Virus record (IMG/VR): IMGVR_UViG_3300023179_000080 | Coordinates: 1-64,000 of that record | DNA length: 64,000 nt | Source of the DNA: a virus | Reading direction: 5' to 3' (one strand) | In this document: one piece after another, positions 45,350-54,464 of the stretch | How the letters are laid out: each line of letters begins with the position of its first letter | Position numbering within the stretch: position 1 is the first letter of the stretch | Notes under the pieces: generated by a model | What the model was told of the DNA's origin: nothing | Database searches by the model: none | The model's input: only the letters and a program-made list of their open reading frames with translations | Position numbers and translations under genes: made by a program

Positions 45350-46687
45350 ATGGAAAGCGTGATTGAGATCCTTGAGGCACTTGAATCTGACAACTCCCGT
45401 AACTTCAAGGAGGAGTTGCTCTCAGACAATCGAAGCAATGATCTACTGAAGAGAGTCTTCGTCGCCGCGGGAGATCCGTACATCAACTTCTACGTCTCCA
45501 AGTTCAAGATGCCGCCGGCGGGCGGCTCTGACGACGACGATAAAGTTGTGAGCGACTTTATCGACAACCTGTATACGCAATTGTCGACTCGGTCTGTGAC
45601 GGGCAATGCTGCAAAGGCATTGGTGAACGACTTGTTTGCCAAGATGACCAACAGTCAGCAGAAGTGGTGTCTCCGCATTCTTCTACGCAACCTGCGTGTG
45701 GGTGCATCGGAGTCACTGGTCGAGAAGACCTGGCCTGGTGCGATCGCCAAGTTCTCAGTCCAGCTAGCAGAATCACTCTCTGCTCGTCACGAGGCGGGCA
45801 AGGGCATCGTCTTGACTGACGACATCGAGTATCCCGTTCGAGTCGAACCCAAGCTTGACGGTCTCCGGTGCATCGCGATCAAGCACAACGGCGCGGTCAC
45901 GATGTTCACACGCAGCGGGTCGGCGATCGAGACTCTTCCCACGATCAAGGCAGCACTCGAGTCTGCTCCGTGGGACGATTTTGTTCTTGATTCGGAAGTT
46001 ATGGGCTCTGACTGGAATGAGTCAGCTTCCGTTGTGATGTCGCACAAAACTGCGAAGAATGACGGCAACATGAAGATGCACGTCTTTGATGCCATGGCCT
46101 TCGACGAGTGGCATGATCAGGAGTCGACCTCAGAATTGACGGAACGGGTCGAACTAGTGAAGGAGTTGGTGTCCACAGTGGACGACGAGCATGTTGTCGC
46201 CGTGGAAGGCAAGACCGTCATCAATCAGGCGGAACTCATGACCTTCTACTCGAAGACGATGGAGAAGGGCTACGAGGGGATCATGATCAAGGACGTCAAG
46301 TCTCCATACGTCTTCAAGCGATCTGACGCAGTGCTTAAGCTCAAGCCTGTGAACACCTACGAAGGCGTGATCGTGGGTAATTACGAGGCCACTCGTGGAT
46401 CGAAGCGTGAGGGGTTGTGGGGCGGTTTCCAGGTCCTGATGCCCAACGGCGTCGTGACCCGAGTGGGCGGAGGCTTCTCTGACAAGTTGAAGGCAGAGAT
46501 CGACATGGATCCAGAGGCGTGGATCGGCAAGATCGTGGAGATGGAAGGTCAGCCCGATCCCCTCACAGCCGACGGTCTCACTGCCGATGGCCGCGTCAGA
46601 TTTCCTGTGTTTGTTAGGGTTCGTGATTCCCGTGATGTTGACAGCAAGGTGATCGATGCCTACAAGAACTACTCGGCTAATAACTAA
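45350..46687 (+). CDS. lig: ATP-dependent DNA ligase
   Basis: EPKLDGLRC, LDSEV, VFD, EGIMIK, LKLK, VGGGFSD, RFPVF; leaderless (motif 45313+37). Confidence 0.95.
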   Translation: MESVIEILEALESDNSRNFKEELLSDNRSNDLLKRVFVAAGDPYINFYVSKFKMPPAGGSDDDDKVVSDFIDNLYTQLSTRSVTGNAAKALVNDLFAKMTNSQQKWCLRILLRNLRVGASESLVEKTWPGAIAKFSVQLAESLSARHEAGKGIVLTDDIEYPVRVEPKLDGLRCIAIKHNGAVTMFTRSGSAIETLPTIKAALESAPWDDFVLDSEVMGSDWNESASVVMSHKTAKNDGNMKMHVFDAMAFDEWHDQESTSELTERVELVKELVSTVDDEHVVAVEGKTVINQAELMTFYSKTMEKGYEGIMIKDVKSPYVFKRSDAVLKLKPVNTYEGVIVGNYEATRGSKREGLWGGFQVLMPNGVVTRVGGGFSDKLKAEIDMDPEAWIGKIVEMEGQPDPLTADGLTADGRVRFPVFVRVRDSRDVDSKVIDAYKNYSANN

Positions 46688-47468
46688 CGCAGCAGTGCTC
46701 ACGTTCATCACTGTCACGGCCGCTACTGAGGCGGCCAGTGAAGTCGATTCATGCCTGTTGGGAATGCGACGGGTGCGAGGCAGTGCGCTTGATCAAAGCG
46801 AGTACATCGGATACCTACAGGACACGACCTGCACTTCGTGGATAAACACCGAATTCCCTGCCCGTTGTGCACATTTCAATCGTGATGCTTGGCTCAAGAT
46901 CACAGCCAAGCTCAATCGTAAATCGATGGACTTCTGTATGGACGTGTATGAGTGGCCCAATCGTCAGGGAGTCGACCCGCTTGTGTACGTCGATTACTAT
47001 GATGCTGTGAATGCATGCACAGCGCTCGGCAAACGTCTGTGCACTGAGGACGAGTGGACGTTTGCCTGCGAAGGTGAGGAGGGACGTCCCTATCCTTATG
47101 GATACGATCGCGACGCGGCTGCATGCAACATTGACCGTGGCTGGATCCAGCCCGATGTCACGAAGCTTGTGGGCAACGGATCGTCGACCAAGACTCAAGC
47201 AGAACTGCGACGTCTGTGGCAGGGTGAACCCAGCGGGGCTCGAGCAACTTGTGTGTCCCCATTTGGGATCCAAGACATGACGGGCAACGTCGACGAGATA
47301 ACTGAAAATTCGCGAGGAACAGGTTACAAGTCAATCCTGAAGGGTGGCTACTGGTCAGTCGTTCGCAACAGGTGTCGGCCGTCAACACGTGTGCACAACG
47401 AGTGGTTCCGCTACTACCAGCTCGGATTCAGGTGCTGTTCTGCCCCATTAGGACACCATTCTACTTAA
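46656..47468 (+). CDS. formylglycine-generating enzyme (SUMF1/FGE) domain protein
   Basis: GKRLCTEDEW..ACEG, DMTGNVDE, KGGYW, GFRCC; start uncertain. Confidence 0.85.
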   Translation: MPTRTTRLITNAAVLTFITVTAATEAASEVDSCLLGMRRVRGSALDQSEYIGYLQDTTCTSWINTEFPARCAHFNRDAWLKITAKLNRKSMDFCMDVYEWPNRQGVDPLVYVDYYDAVNACTALGKRLCTEDEWTFACEGEEGRPYPYGYDRDAAACNIDRGWIQPDVTKLVGNGSSTKTQAELRRLWQGEPSGARATCVSPFGIQDMTGNVDEITENSRGTGYKSILKGGYWSVVRNRCRPSTRVHNEWFRYYQLGFRCCSAPLGHHST

Positions 47469-47651
47469 TCGGGTTATTCTGAGGCCATCTGAGGGTCTTC
47501 GGGGGCCAACAAGAATGGGGTCGACGGACTATAAGGTGCTGCTGTGCAGCATTTGTGCACAGCAAATTGTGATCGACAATTTGTCGTAGACGATTGTATT
47601 TATTTTGACGACACCGTGCAAACTCACGGTCCTCCGTGGTAGGGTATACTC

Positions 47652-48956
47652 ATGATGACACCTTGTGACACCGAGTTCAATCTCGACCGGCACCTCATCT
47701 CGTTCCTACAGGACAACCCGTTCTTTGCGGAACTGAGCCGCCACATCCACAAGTCGCCCACCAAGTCGATCCCGACGGCGGCAGTTGCGTTCAACGAGAA
47801 GACCGACGAGCTCACCCTCTGGTGGAATCCCGAGTTCTTCGGCAAGCTGTCCCAGTGGGAAGTCCGTGGCGTGCTCACCCACGAATTCTACCACCTCGTG
47901 TTCGGCCACCTGTACGGCCGCCGGCGCAATCCGCCCAAGCTGTGGAACGTGGCGACCGACCTGGCCATCAACTCGATCATCATGGGATCTGCCAAGAACG
48001 GCAGCCGCCTCGATGGCGATCGCCCGCTTCCCGAGTTCTGCCTCATGCCCGGCGTGATGCCGAAGCATCCGGAAGGCCGCGATTACACCGACGAGGAGAA
48101 GTCGGCGATGCCGCTCGCGGCGGTGATCGCGAAGCTCCCGACCATGCAGGCGTCGGAGTGGTACTTCGACAAGATCAAGCAGGAAATGCAGGACCAGCCC
48201 GACAACGGCATGGGCCAAGGCGAGGGCAGCCTCGACTCGATGGACGACCACAACGGTTGGGACGAAGTCCCGGACGAACTCCGCGAGTACGTGGAAGGCA
48301 AGGTCAAGTCGATCGTCGAAAAAGCGGCGAAGCACGCCGACTCGCAGGCGAACGGCTGGGGTAACATCCCGGCGGACATGGTCGACGCAATCCGCAAGTC
48401 GGTGTCGTCGGTCATCAACTGGCGCAATGTGCTACGCCAGTTCGTCGGTTCGCTGGTCCGCGGCGGCCGTAGCACCTCGATCAAACGCATCAACAAGCGT
48501 TACCCCTACATCCACCCGGGAGTGAAGCGTGGCTACGAGGCGAAGCTCCTCATTGCGATCGACCAGTCGGGCTCGGTGAGCAACGAGATGCTCGCAGAGT
48601 TCTTCGCGGAGCTCGGGTCCCTCACCAAGAAGGTGACGATCGACGTCCTTCCGTTCGACTGCGAGGCCCATGACAAGGACATCTACACGTGGCGCAAGGG
48701 TGCGAACATCCCGGGCAAGCGAGTCCGCGGCGGCGGCACGGACTTCAACGCTCCCACTCGACTCGCCAACGATCCCAAGAATCGAGGCCGGTGGGACGGA
48801 TTTTTGTGTCTCACGGATGGGGAAGCTTCTGCGCCTATTCCTAGCCGAATTAAGCGGGGGTGGGTCCTTGGCAAAGGTTGTAAACTGCTCTTCAAGACGG
48901 ACGAGATTCAGGTCCACATGACGGACCAGAAGGCCGCAGAGGGTGCCTGGCGCTGA
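47652..48956 (+). CDS. DUF2201-type metallopeptidase with vWA domain
   Basis: HEFYH, WNVATDLAIN, IDQSGS MIDAS, GGGTDF, LTDG; leaderless (motif 47615+37). Confidence 0.9.
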   Translation: MMTPCDTEFNLDRHLISFLQDNPFFAELSRHIHKSPTKSIPTAAVAFNEKTDELTLWWNPEFFGKLSQWEVRGVLTHEFYHLVFGHLYGRRRNPPKLWNVATDLAINSIIMGSAKNGSRLDGDRPLPEFCLMPGVMPKHPEGRDYTDEEKSAMPLAAVIAKLPTMQASEWYFDKIKQEMQDQPDNGMGQGEGSLDSMDDHNGWDEVPDELREYVEGKVKSIVEKAAKHADSQANGWGNIPADMVDAIRKSVSSVINWRNVLRQFVGSLVRGGRSTSIKRINKRYPYIHPGVKRGYEAKLLIAIDQSGSVSNEMLAEFFAELGSLTKKVTIDVLPFDCEAHDKDIYTWRKGANIPGKRVRGGGTDFNAPTRLANDPKNRGRWDGFLCLTDGEASAPIPSRIKRGWVLGKGCKLLFKTDEIQVHMTDQKAAEGAWR

Positions 48957-48983
48957 TCGGCAGCGGAGTCAAATCGACCCTAG

Positions 48984-49014
48984 GATCGGGAGCAAAGCTC
49001 CCGATCTTCTTTTA
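48984..49014. terminator. intrinsic terminator between convergent genes
   Basis: GATCGGGAGC-AAA-GCTCCCGATC followed by TTCTTTT. Confidence 0.75.
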
Positions 49015-50262
49015 AAAGAGGTCCACCTGCGCCCAGAGGTCGTGGGTCGCATTCGTTGCTCCGCTTATCTCGCAGCGCAGGGAGATCTTGTCAAACTGCG
49101 CGAGGTCCACTGAAGAGTCATAGTACCGTGAGGCCAGGATGCCATCAGTGATTGTGCCTGTTATGGCAGTATCGACTCCATTCTTCATGACCACCACCTT
49201 GGTGGTGTTGCCCACACCGGGGCCCACCGAGGACGACACGAACAGGCCGAAGCAGACTGATTTCTGTTGGATCGCGTAGTAGTTGATGTTCGAGTCAGGG
49301 TACTGATAGAAGGTCCTGCCACCGATCGACTGTGACGCTTGGATGGTGCTTGCACCGGGCATGAGGTACACGGAAAAATTGGGAGTGAGGCCCGTGTTTG
49401 TCATTGATCCGATGGTTCCGTACCACAGAGTGGTGGGATAGACGTAGGTGGTGAAGTTCTTTCCCGCTGCCGTCTTGTTCACGAGGTCAGTCCCAGGACC
49501 AAGCTGGATCGAGCCTGAGCTTTGGCAGATATCTGCGGTCGTGCCGAATATGGTGGATGTCCTAAACTGGACCTGGCCAGACGAGTTGTCCACCTCTGCG
49601 CCGTAGAACGTGCCAGGTGATGTGGAAGAGCCTGACACGTACAAGTTGATGTCTCGAGTGGTGATCGCGCCTGGGCCCGACACGTAGATCCCACGCTTCG
49701 ACCCACTTCCCGCTGACAGAACGTTAATCGTTAGGCCTTTGAGAGAATTGAACGTGAAGCTGGCTGCTCCGAGGGAGCCTGACCCGCTGCAGTGTGCACC
49801 GTACACGTTCGAGGTGCCACCGGGGGTGTCGCCGGCAGCGGCATTGTTGACGTTGATCACTGAAGGCCTGACCTTCGAGGTGACCGATGTGGTGCCGGGG
49901 AAGGCGATGCCCGTGAGGTTGTGATGGTCATTTGATGTGAGGTTAAGCGTGATATCCTCCAGCCTGCAGTTCTCTCCCATCGTCCACAGTGTTGTGTTCC
50001 CGAGGACCCCCGTCATCTGAAGCGTCGTGGTCTGTGTGCTCATCCCTCGTAATGCGGTGCCGTCCTTCATGGTGATACCGCCGGCGAGATTATACGTTCC
50101 GGGTGACACCCAGATGGTGTCTCCTGACACTGAGGCTGACACAGCGGCTGCGACTGTCTTGAACGGTGCCTCACCCGGGCGGCCCGTCGAATCGTTACCG
50201 TAGATATCATCGACCTGTAGGACACGCCCAAACTTCGGGGGAGTCGTTATTAAGTAAGACAT
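49012..50262 (-). CDS. beta-helix (pectin-lyase-like) virion/tailspike-type protein
   Basis: GND..G..PFKTVAAA..SGDTIWVSPGTY N-terminal motif; Ser/Thr/Gly-rich. Confidence 0.65.
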   Translation of the reverse strand: MSYLITTPPKFGRVLQVDDIYGNDSTGRPGEAPFKTVAAAVSASVSGDTIWVSPGTYNLAGGITMKDGTALRGMSTQTTTLQMTGVLGNTTLWTMGENCRLEDITLNLTSNDHHNLTGIAFPGTTSVTSKVRPSVINVNNAAAGDTPGGTSNVYGAHCSGSGSLGAASFTFNSLKGLTINVLSAGSGSKRGIYVSGPGAITTRDINLYVSGSSTSPGTFYGAEVDNSSGQVQFRTSTIFGTTADICQSSGSIQLGPGTDLVNKTAAGKNFTTYVYPTTLWYGTIGSMTNTGLTPNFSVYLMPGASTIQASQSIGGRTFYQYPDSNINYYAIQQKSVCFGLFVSSSVGPGVGNTTKVVVMKNGVDTAITGTITDGILASRYYDSSVDLAQFDKISLRCEISGATNATHDLWAQVDLF

Positions 50263-50272
50263 TCTCTTCTCC

Positions 50273-52294
50273 TCATGTTATGTACCACCCACCACCCAAC
50301 TTGATGAAAGACATTGAGCCGTAGTTCGTGGAAATTTTGGTACCAAGCGCGTCGTCGATAGTGTCTCCGCCGCTGCCCGACACCTCTAGGACGTACGCAT
50401 TTGGAACTGAATCTCTCCTCTTCACCACGGTCTGGAATCCATCGGGTGCGCCTGATGGAAGATTGAGGACCGTCACGCTCGCCGCCGGCTCCACAAGGAC
50501 GAATCCTGTGAGCGGCGCCGTGAACGGCCCGGCGCCGGAGAAAGATCGGGTCGACCAGCTCATTGTCCCCGAGAATGATCCACTCAAGCCGGATAGAGAC
50601 ACGATGGATCCACTCGTGACGAGGTCTCCACCCAAGAGAGTGACAGCGGGTGTCGAAGATCCACGAGAATTCTTGGATCCGCTGACAAAGAAGAATACAT
50701 CAGAGCCCAAGGTGCTGCAAGACCGCATCTCGCTGTCAAATGAGATTGGTCCACTTACAAATAGTGTGCTGCTGACCTCTAGAGACGCTCCGTATAGCAC
50801 AGCCCCGTGCAACTCAGCAGTTCCGCTAACAACAAGATCTCCACCAAACATTGCAGATCCGCGATTGGATGTGCCAGCAGACCCTGCAGAGCCGCTCACG
50901 TAGAAGAACACATCGGAGCCCAGTGAACTAATTGGGTTCATCTCGCTGTCGAACGCAGTTGTCCCGCTGACCCTCAAGGTTCCGTAGATGTCAATCTCGT
51001 CACCGGTGATGTATGAGCTTCCGCTGATGACAACGTCACCTCCAAAGAGGGCCACACCTTGGGTGGAGGTGCCGGCAGATCCTGCAGAGCCGCTCACGTA
51101 GAAGAACACATCGGAGCCCTTGTCAGAGGGAGATGTGACAACTCCGTATTCGTCAAATCCACCGACAAATGCGACTGATCCTGAGGTATAGACCGATCCT
51201 GTCACGGAGCTATTGAAATAAGATGGACCACTTCCTCCACCACTGCCGGACGATGGAGATGGAACGGCAGCGCTGACGATCCAATTGTTTGTTGTTGAAT
51301 CCAACGTAACTGTGCACACAGAATATGGATCCGTGACAACGAAGGGACCCGCGGCACCATTGAAAGTTCTAGCACCATCAGTCAAAGTCAGTGAATTACC
51401 GACACTTAGACTACCAAGAACATCGGCAAACACCAGCGTTCTACCACCCACAACAGGAGGCGCAGCATTAGCCTCACGAAGATATGGAAGATCAGGCAAT
51501 GTAACTGTGCACCCACCGGATGCCACAGCAAGCTCTACCGAGTAATTTGCCACCGAGTGATCACACTGAAATGTGCTACCCGTGACCCTCTCCTGCTGGG
51601 CATACTGCAATCCACCAGCGATTTGAACCATCGTCTGGTTGCTGTTTCCGTAGCCGTTCGACCATGATGATCCATATCCTGTACGAATCGCCCTCCTGCC
51701 GACGGCCGCAACCTCAACACCATATTGGGCATCAATAAAATTTTGGTATGCCCTCCTGCCTTCCCAGTCGGTACCTAACCACATGTCACGGATGCCATTG
51801 CCTCCGTCTATGCGGTATCCTATGGCTGTGTAATGATCTAAAGGAGCATCTCGGTCGGGATTGACTGTCAATCGACCATATCCACCATCAGAACCCCTGA
51901 ATGTTATCGTTGGGCATCTGATGAAGGCCGCGCTGTTGTTTGAGAAAAAGTTATAAGCTCCATCTATGTCGATTACTTGACCACCGACAACACCTGATCC
52001 GGATGCGAGGAGGCTTCCCGTGATTTGGGTGATTCCACTGCCGCCGCCACCACCTCCGCCGCTGCCCTGAGGGCCTTGAGCTCCCTGTGAACCCTGTGAA
52101 CCCTGTGAACCCTGTGAACCCTGTGAACCCTGTGAACCCTGTGAACCCTGTGAACCCTGTGAACCCTGCGGCCCCTGGTCACCTTGGGGTCCCTGTGTAC
52201 CACCACCTCCCCCGCCGCCCGATTCATAGCGCGGGGGTGGGCGGAAGTATGAATAAGTTTTTCGAAACCGCTCTGCGTCTCTTTCATTTGCCAT
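50273..52294 (-). CDS. collagen-like repeat tail-fibre-type protein
   Basis: GXQ triplets; three SDVFF(Y/F)VSGS..GGD repeats. Confidence 0.7.
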   Translation of the reverse strand: MANERDAERFRKTYSYFRPPPRYESGGGGGGGTQGPQGDQGPQGSQGSQGSQGSQGSQGSQGSQGSQGSQGAQGPQGSGGGGGGGSGITQITGSLLASGSGVVGGQVIDIDGAYNFFSNNSAAFIRCPTITFRGSDGGYGRLTVNPDRDAPLDHYTAIGYRIDGGNGIRDMWLGTDWEGRRAYQNFIDAQYGVEVAAVGRRAIRTGYGSSWSNGYGNSNQTMVQIAGGLQYAQQERVTGSTFQCDHSVANYSVELAVASGGCTVTLPDLPYLREANAAPPVVGGRTLVFADVLGSLSVGNSLTLTDGARTFNGAAGPFVVTDPYSVCTVTLDSTTNNWIVSAAVPSPSSGSGGGSGPSYFNSSVTGSVYTSGSVAFVGGFDEYGVVTSPSDKGSDVFFYVSGSAGSAGTSTQGVALFGGDVVISGSSYITGDEIDIYGTLRVSGTTAFDSEMNPISSLGSDVFFYVSGSAGSAGTSNRGSAMFGGDLVVSGTAELHGAVLYGASLEVSSTLFVSGPISFDSEMRSCSTLGSDVFFFVSGSKNSRGSSTPAVTLLGGDLVTSGSIVSLSGLSGSFSGTMSWSTRSFSGAGPFTAPLTGFVLVEPAASVTVLNLPSGAPDGFQTVVKRRDSVPNAYVLEVSGSGGDTIDDALGTKISTNYGSMSFIKLGGGWYIT
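52083..52168. repeat. 9-bp tandem repeat (CCCTGTGAA)x9
   Basis: Perfect repeats encoding (GSQ)n on the minus strand. Confidence 0.95.
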
Positions 52295-52399
52295 GTGCTT
52301 TTCTCACTATACCAAGTAGGCTATACAAAATGACAGTTGCATTATAAATAAGTGCCACTGCCCAAAAGCGTTCAGTTTTTGGGCGGCAGGAGAATAACA

Positions 52400-52636
52400 A
52401 TGAAGCTAGTTACAATCGCAACACTAATCGCTACTTTCCTCGTCGCTTGCGACACTGCAAGGGTTGAAGTGCCCGAGGCAGGCCTCACGGTTCCATCGGC
52501 TTCTGCCTCGGCAGTTCCAGTCCCTGTCGTGTCTGCCTCTGCAGCCGTGGTGGTCGACTCAGGCCCAGTCGTGGTCGTTGATGCATCGGCTCCCGTCGTC
52601 GATGCTGCAGTTGCAGTCGATGCAAGCAAGAAGTGA
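52400..52636 (+). CDS. small Ala/Val/Asp-rich lipoprotein
   Basis: AGGAG SD; lipobox LVAC; VDA repeats. Confidence 0.7.
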   Translation: MKLVTIATLIATFLVACDTARVEVPEAGLTVPSASASAVPVPVVSASAAVVVDSGPVVVVDASAPVVDAAVAVDASKK

Positions 52637-52757
52637 TCAGTGAACAAATGGTGTGGGTCTATGTAGTATAGACTTGCATCTGTGGCCCCATCGACCATCA
52701 GCTAAGTCATCACTTTTTCACAGTGAAAAACTGGGGGCAGCACCCAGTGGGGTCGCC

Positions 52758-53252
52758 ATGGAAGACAAAAAGATCATCAATAGCTTTACAGACGCTGCAG
52801 GATATGGATTTCTATCAAACTGGTATCCTGCATCGATTTGGGTCGATGGCAAACAGTACAAGACTGTCGAACACGCATATCAAGCCCACAAGACTCTTGA
52901 TGAATCTACTCGAGAATTGATCCGTAATGCGGGGACGCCCAACGATGCAAAGCGCCTTGGGCATTCTATCCAAGTCAGAGACGATTGGGATTCTGTAAAA
53001 CTCGACCTCATGAGGCAATTCATCAAGAAAAAGTTTGAGAGCCCATTCCTTGCGACGAAATTGATCGCAACAGGCGACGCAGAGTTGATCAACGAAAATA
53101 GATGGAATGATAGATTTCTGGGCGTATGCCGGGGAGCTGGGTTGAACTGGTTGGGGAGGGTTCTGATGGAGGTCCGGACTGAGCTTCTAAAAGAACAACT
53201 TGAAGATAAGAAAATTTTTGAGATTGATGACAGAAATCAATCTGCTGTGTAA
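52758..53252 (+). CDS. NADAR-family protein
   Basis: FLSNWY, TVEHAYQAHK, AKRLG, W.DRFLG, N.LGRVLMEVR. Confidence 0.92.
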   Translation: MEDKKIINSFTDAAGYGFLSNWYPASIWVDGKQYKTVEHAYQAHKTLDESTRELIRNAGTPNDAKRLGHSIQVRDDWDSVKLDLMRQFIKKKFESPFLATKLIATGDAELINENRWNDRFLGVCRGAGLNWLGRVLMEVRTELLKEQLEDKKIFEIDDRNQSAV

Positions 53253-53263
53253 GATTGCGTAGC

Positions 53264-53662
53264 ATGGCGCGTGTGAAGCAGGTCATCGTTGTGCGACGAG
53301 ACTTGAAAATGAGACGGGCAGAGTTGGCGTCTTTGATCGCAAAGACTGCGGTCAAGTTTTTTCTCGATTCAGATGAATCTGATGCGGGTAACAAGATCAC
53401 AATCAACATGTCACCAATTGAAGCACAATGGGTTTCTGAGCTCAACCCCTCGTTCATCGTGCTCGGTGTCACGTCATATGACAAGATGGAGAACGTCTTG
53501 TTTGCTGCTGAAACAGCTGGGCTACCCGTCTACCGAGTGACGTCATCCCGTTTCTACACAGATGATAAGAGCGGTGTAGAAGAACAGACACTCGCAGCTG
53601 CGATAGGACCAGACGAATCGTCAACGATTGACACAATTACTGGGCGACTCAGGTTGTTGTGA
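53264..53662 (+). CDS. PTH2-family peptidyl-tRNA hydrolase homologue, degenerate active site
   Basis: KQVIVVRRDLKM..AIGP..IDTITGRLRLL; GK..AQ..H and DAG.T motifs absent. Confidence 0.8.
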   Translation: MARVKQVIVVRRDLKMRRAELASLIAKTAVKFFLDSDESDAGNKITINMSPIEAQWVSELNPSFIVLGVTSYDKMENVLFAAETAGLPVYRVTSSRFYTDDKSGVEEQTLAAAIGPDESSTIDTITGRLRLL

Positions 53663-53696
53663 AAAGTAGTCACACTACGGTGTATCTTCTATTCAT

Positions 53697-53775
53697 GCCC
53701 ACGTAGCCCAACCGGCAGCATGGCAAGGAATTTAAAATTCTTAAAGTGTGGGTTCGAATCCCACCGTGGGTACCA
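53697..53775 (+). tRNA. tRNA-Leu(TAA) with short variable loop
   Basis: AGGAA-TTTAAAA-TTCTT anticodon arm; T-arm GTGGG-TTCGAAT-CCCAC; CCA. Confidence 0.8.
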
Positions 53776-53814
53776 AATCTAACCATCTAGCGTTGAGTAT
53801 AGTATAGTATAAAA

Positions 53815-53889
53815 CCGCCACAATTGTCCGGTCGACGTGCGAAGCCTTATAAGCATTGCGGCCCGGTTCAACTCCGGGGTGGCGGACCA
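53815..53889 (+). tRNA. atypical tRNA-Ile(TAT)
   Basis: Acceptor CCGCCAC/GTGGCGG+ACCA; loop CTTATAA; T-arm CCCGG-TTCAACT-CCGGG; weak D and anticodon stems. Confidence 0.65.
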
Positions 53890-53945
53890 AATATTCAATC
53901 TCCTTATAATTGTATAGTAATACCTATTACTGTCATTGAGGAGCT

Positions 53946-54464
53946 TTGAGAAAAGTCAAGATAAGTCTAAAGCGTGGTGTGAGACAGTGGTCATTTACAA
54001 TCTATGACACTGTTGAGTCTGCCATATACCTGAAGACTGAACCCATCACTGACCTTGAGACCCCAGATTATCGTCGAACGATAACTCTTGAGAGGGGTGA
54101 GAGTCTCGAGGCAGAGTGGCTTGGGTCAGAGTGGATATACGACTATGACACTCGCATCATCGACGGGACAGAGAGCGGTGACCCGCGAGGATTTGTCAAG
54201 TACGAAAAAGTACGGATGGGAAAGATCACACCCGTCAAGGGCCTGCAGCGGGAGACGATTTATCTTGAGCTGTACAGCGGGTGGGTGTCTGGGGGTACCA
54301 TCCTGTGGAGTAAAGATGGCACTCAGGGTGACATCAGAATAACTCCGATAAAAGGTAGGTCCGTATCTAAGGTAGATTTTGCCAAAGTATTTGCTGACCA
54401 TCCACCTGAAGAGGACGAAGATCCGGCAGAACTATTCAAGGACGTGCCGGCAATTCTCAATTGA
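53946..54464 (+). CDS. hypothetical protein
   Basis: TTG start with GAGGAG SD. Confidence 0.7.
   Translation: MRKVKISLKRGVRQWSFTIYDTVESAIYLKTEPITDLETPDYRRTITLERGESLEAEWLGSEWIYDYDTRIIDGTESGDPRGFVKYEKVRMGKITPVKGLQRETIYLELYSGWVSGGTILWSKDGTQGDIRITPIKGRSVSKVDFAKVFADHPPEEDEDPAELFKDVPAILN

Noticed and set aside
52083-52168. Tandem repeat as CRISPR
   Set aside because: No spacers; it is an in-frame collagen-like coding repeat
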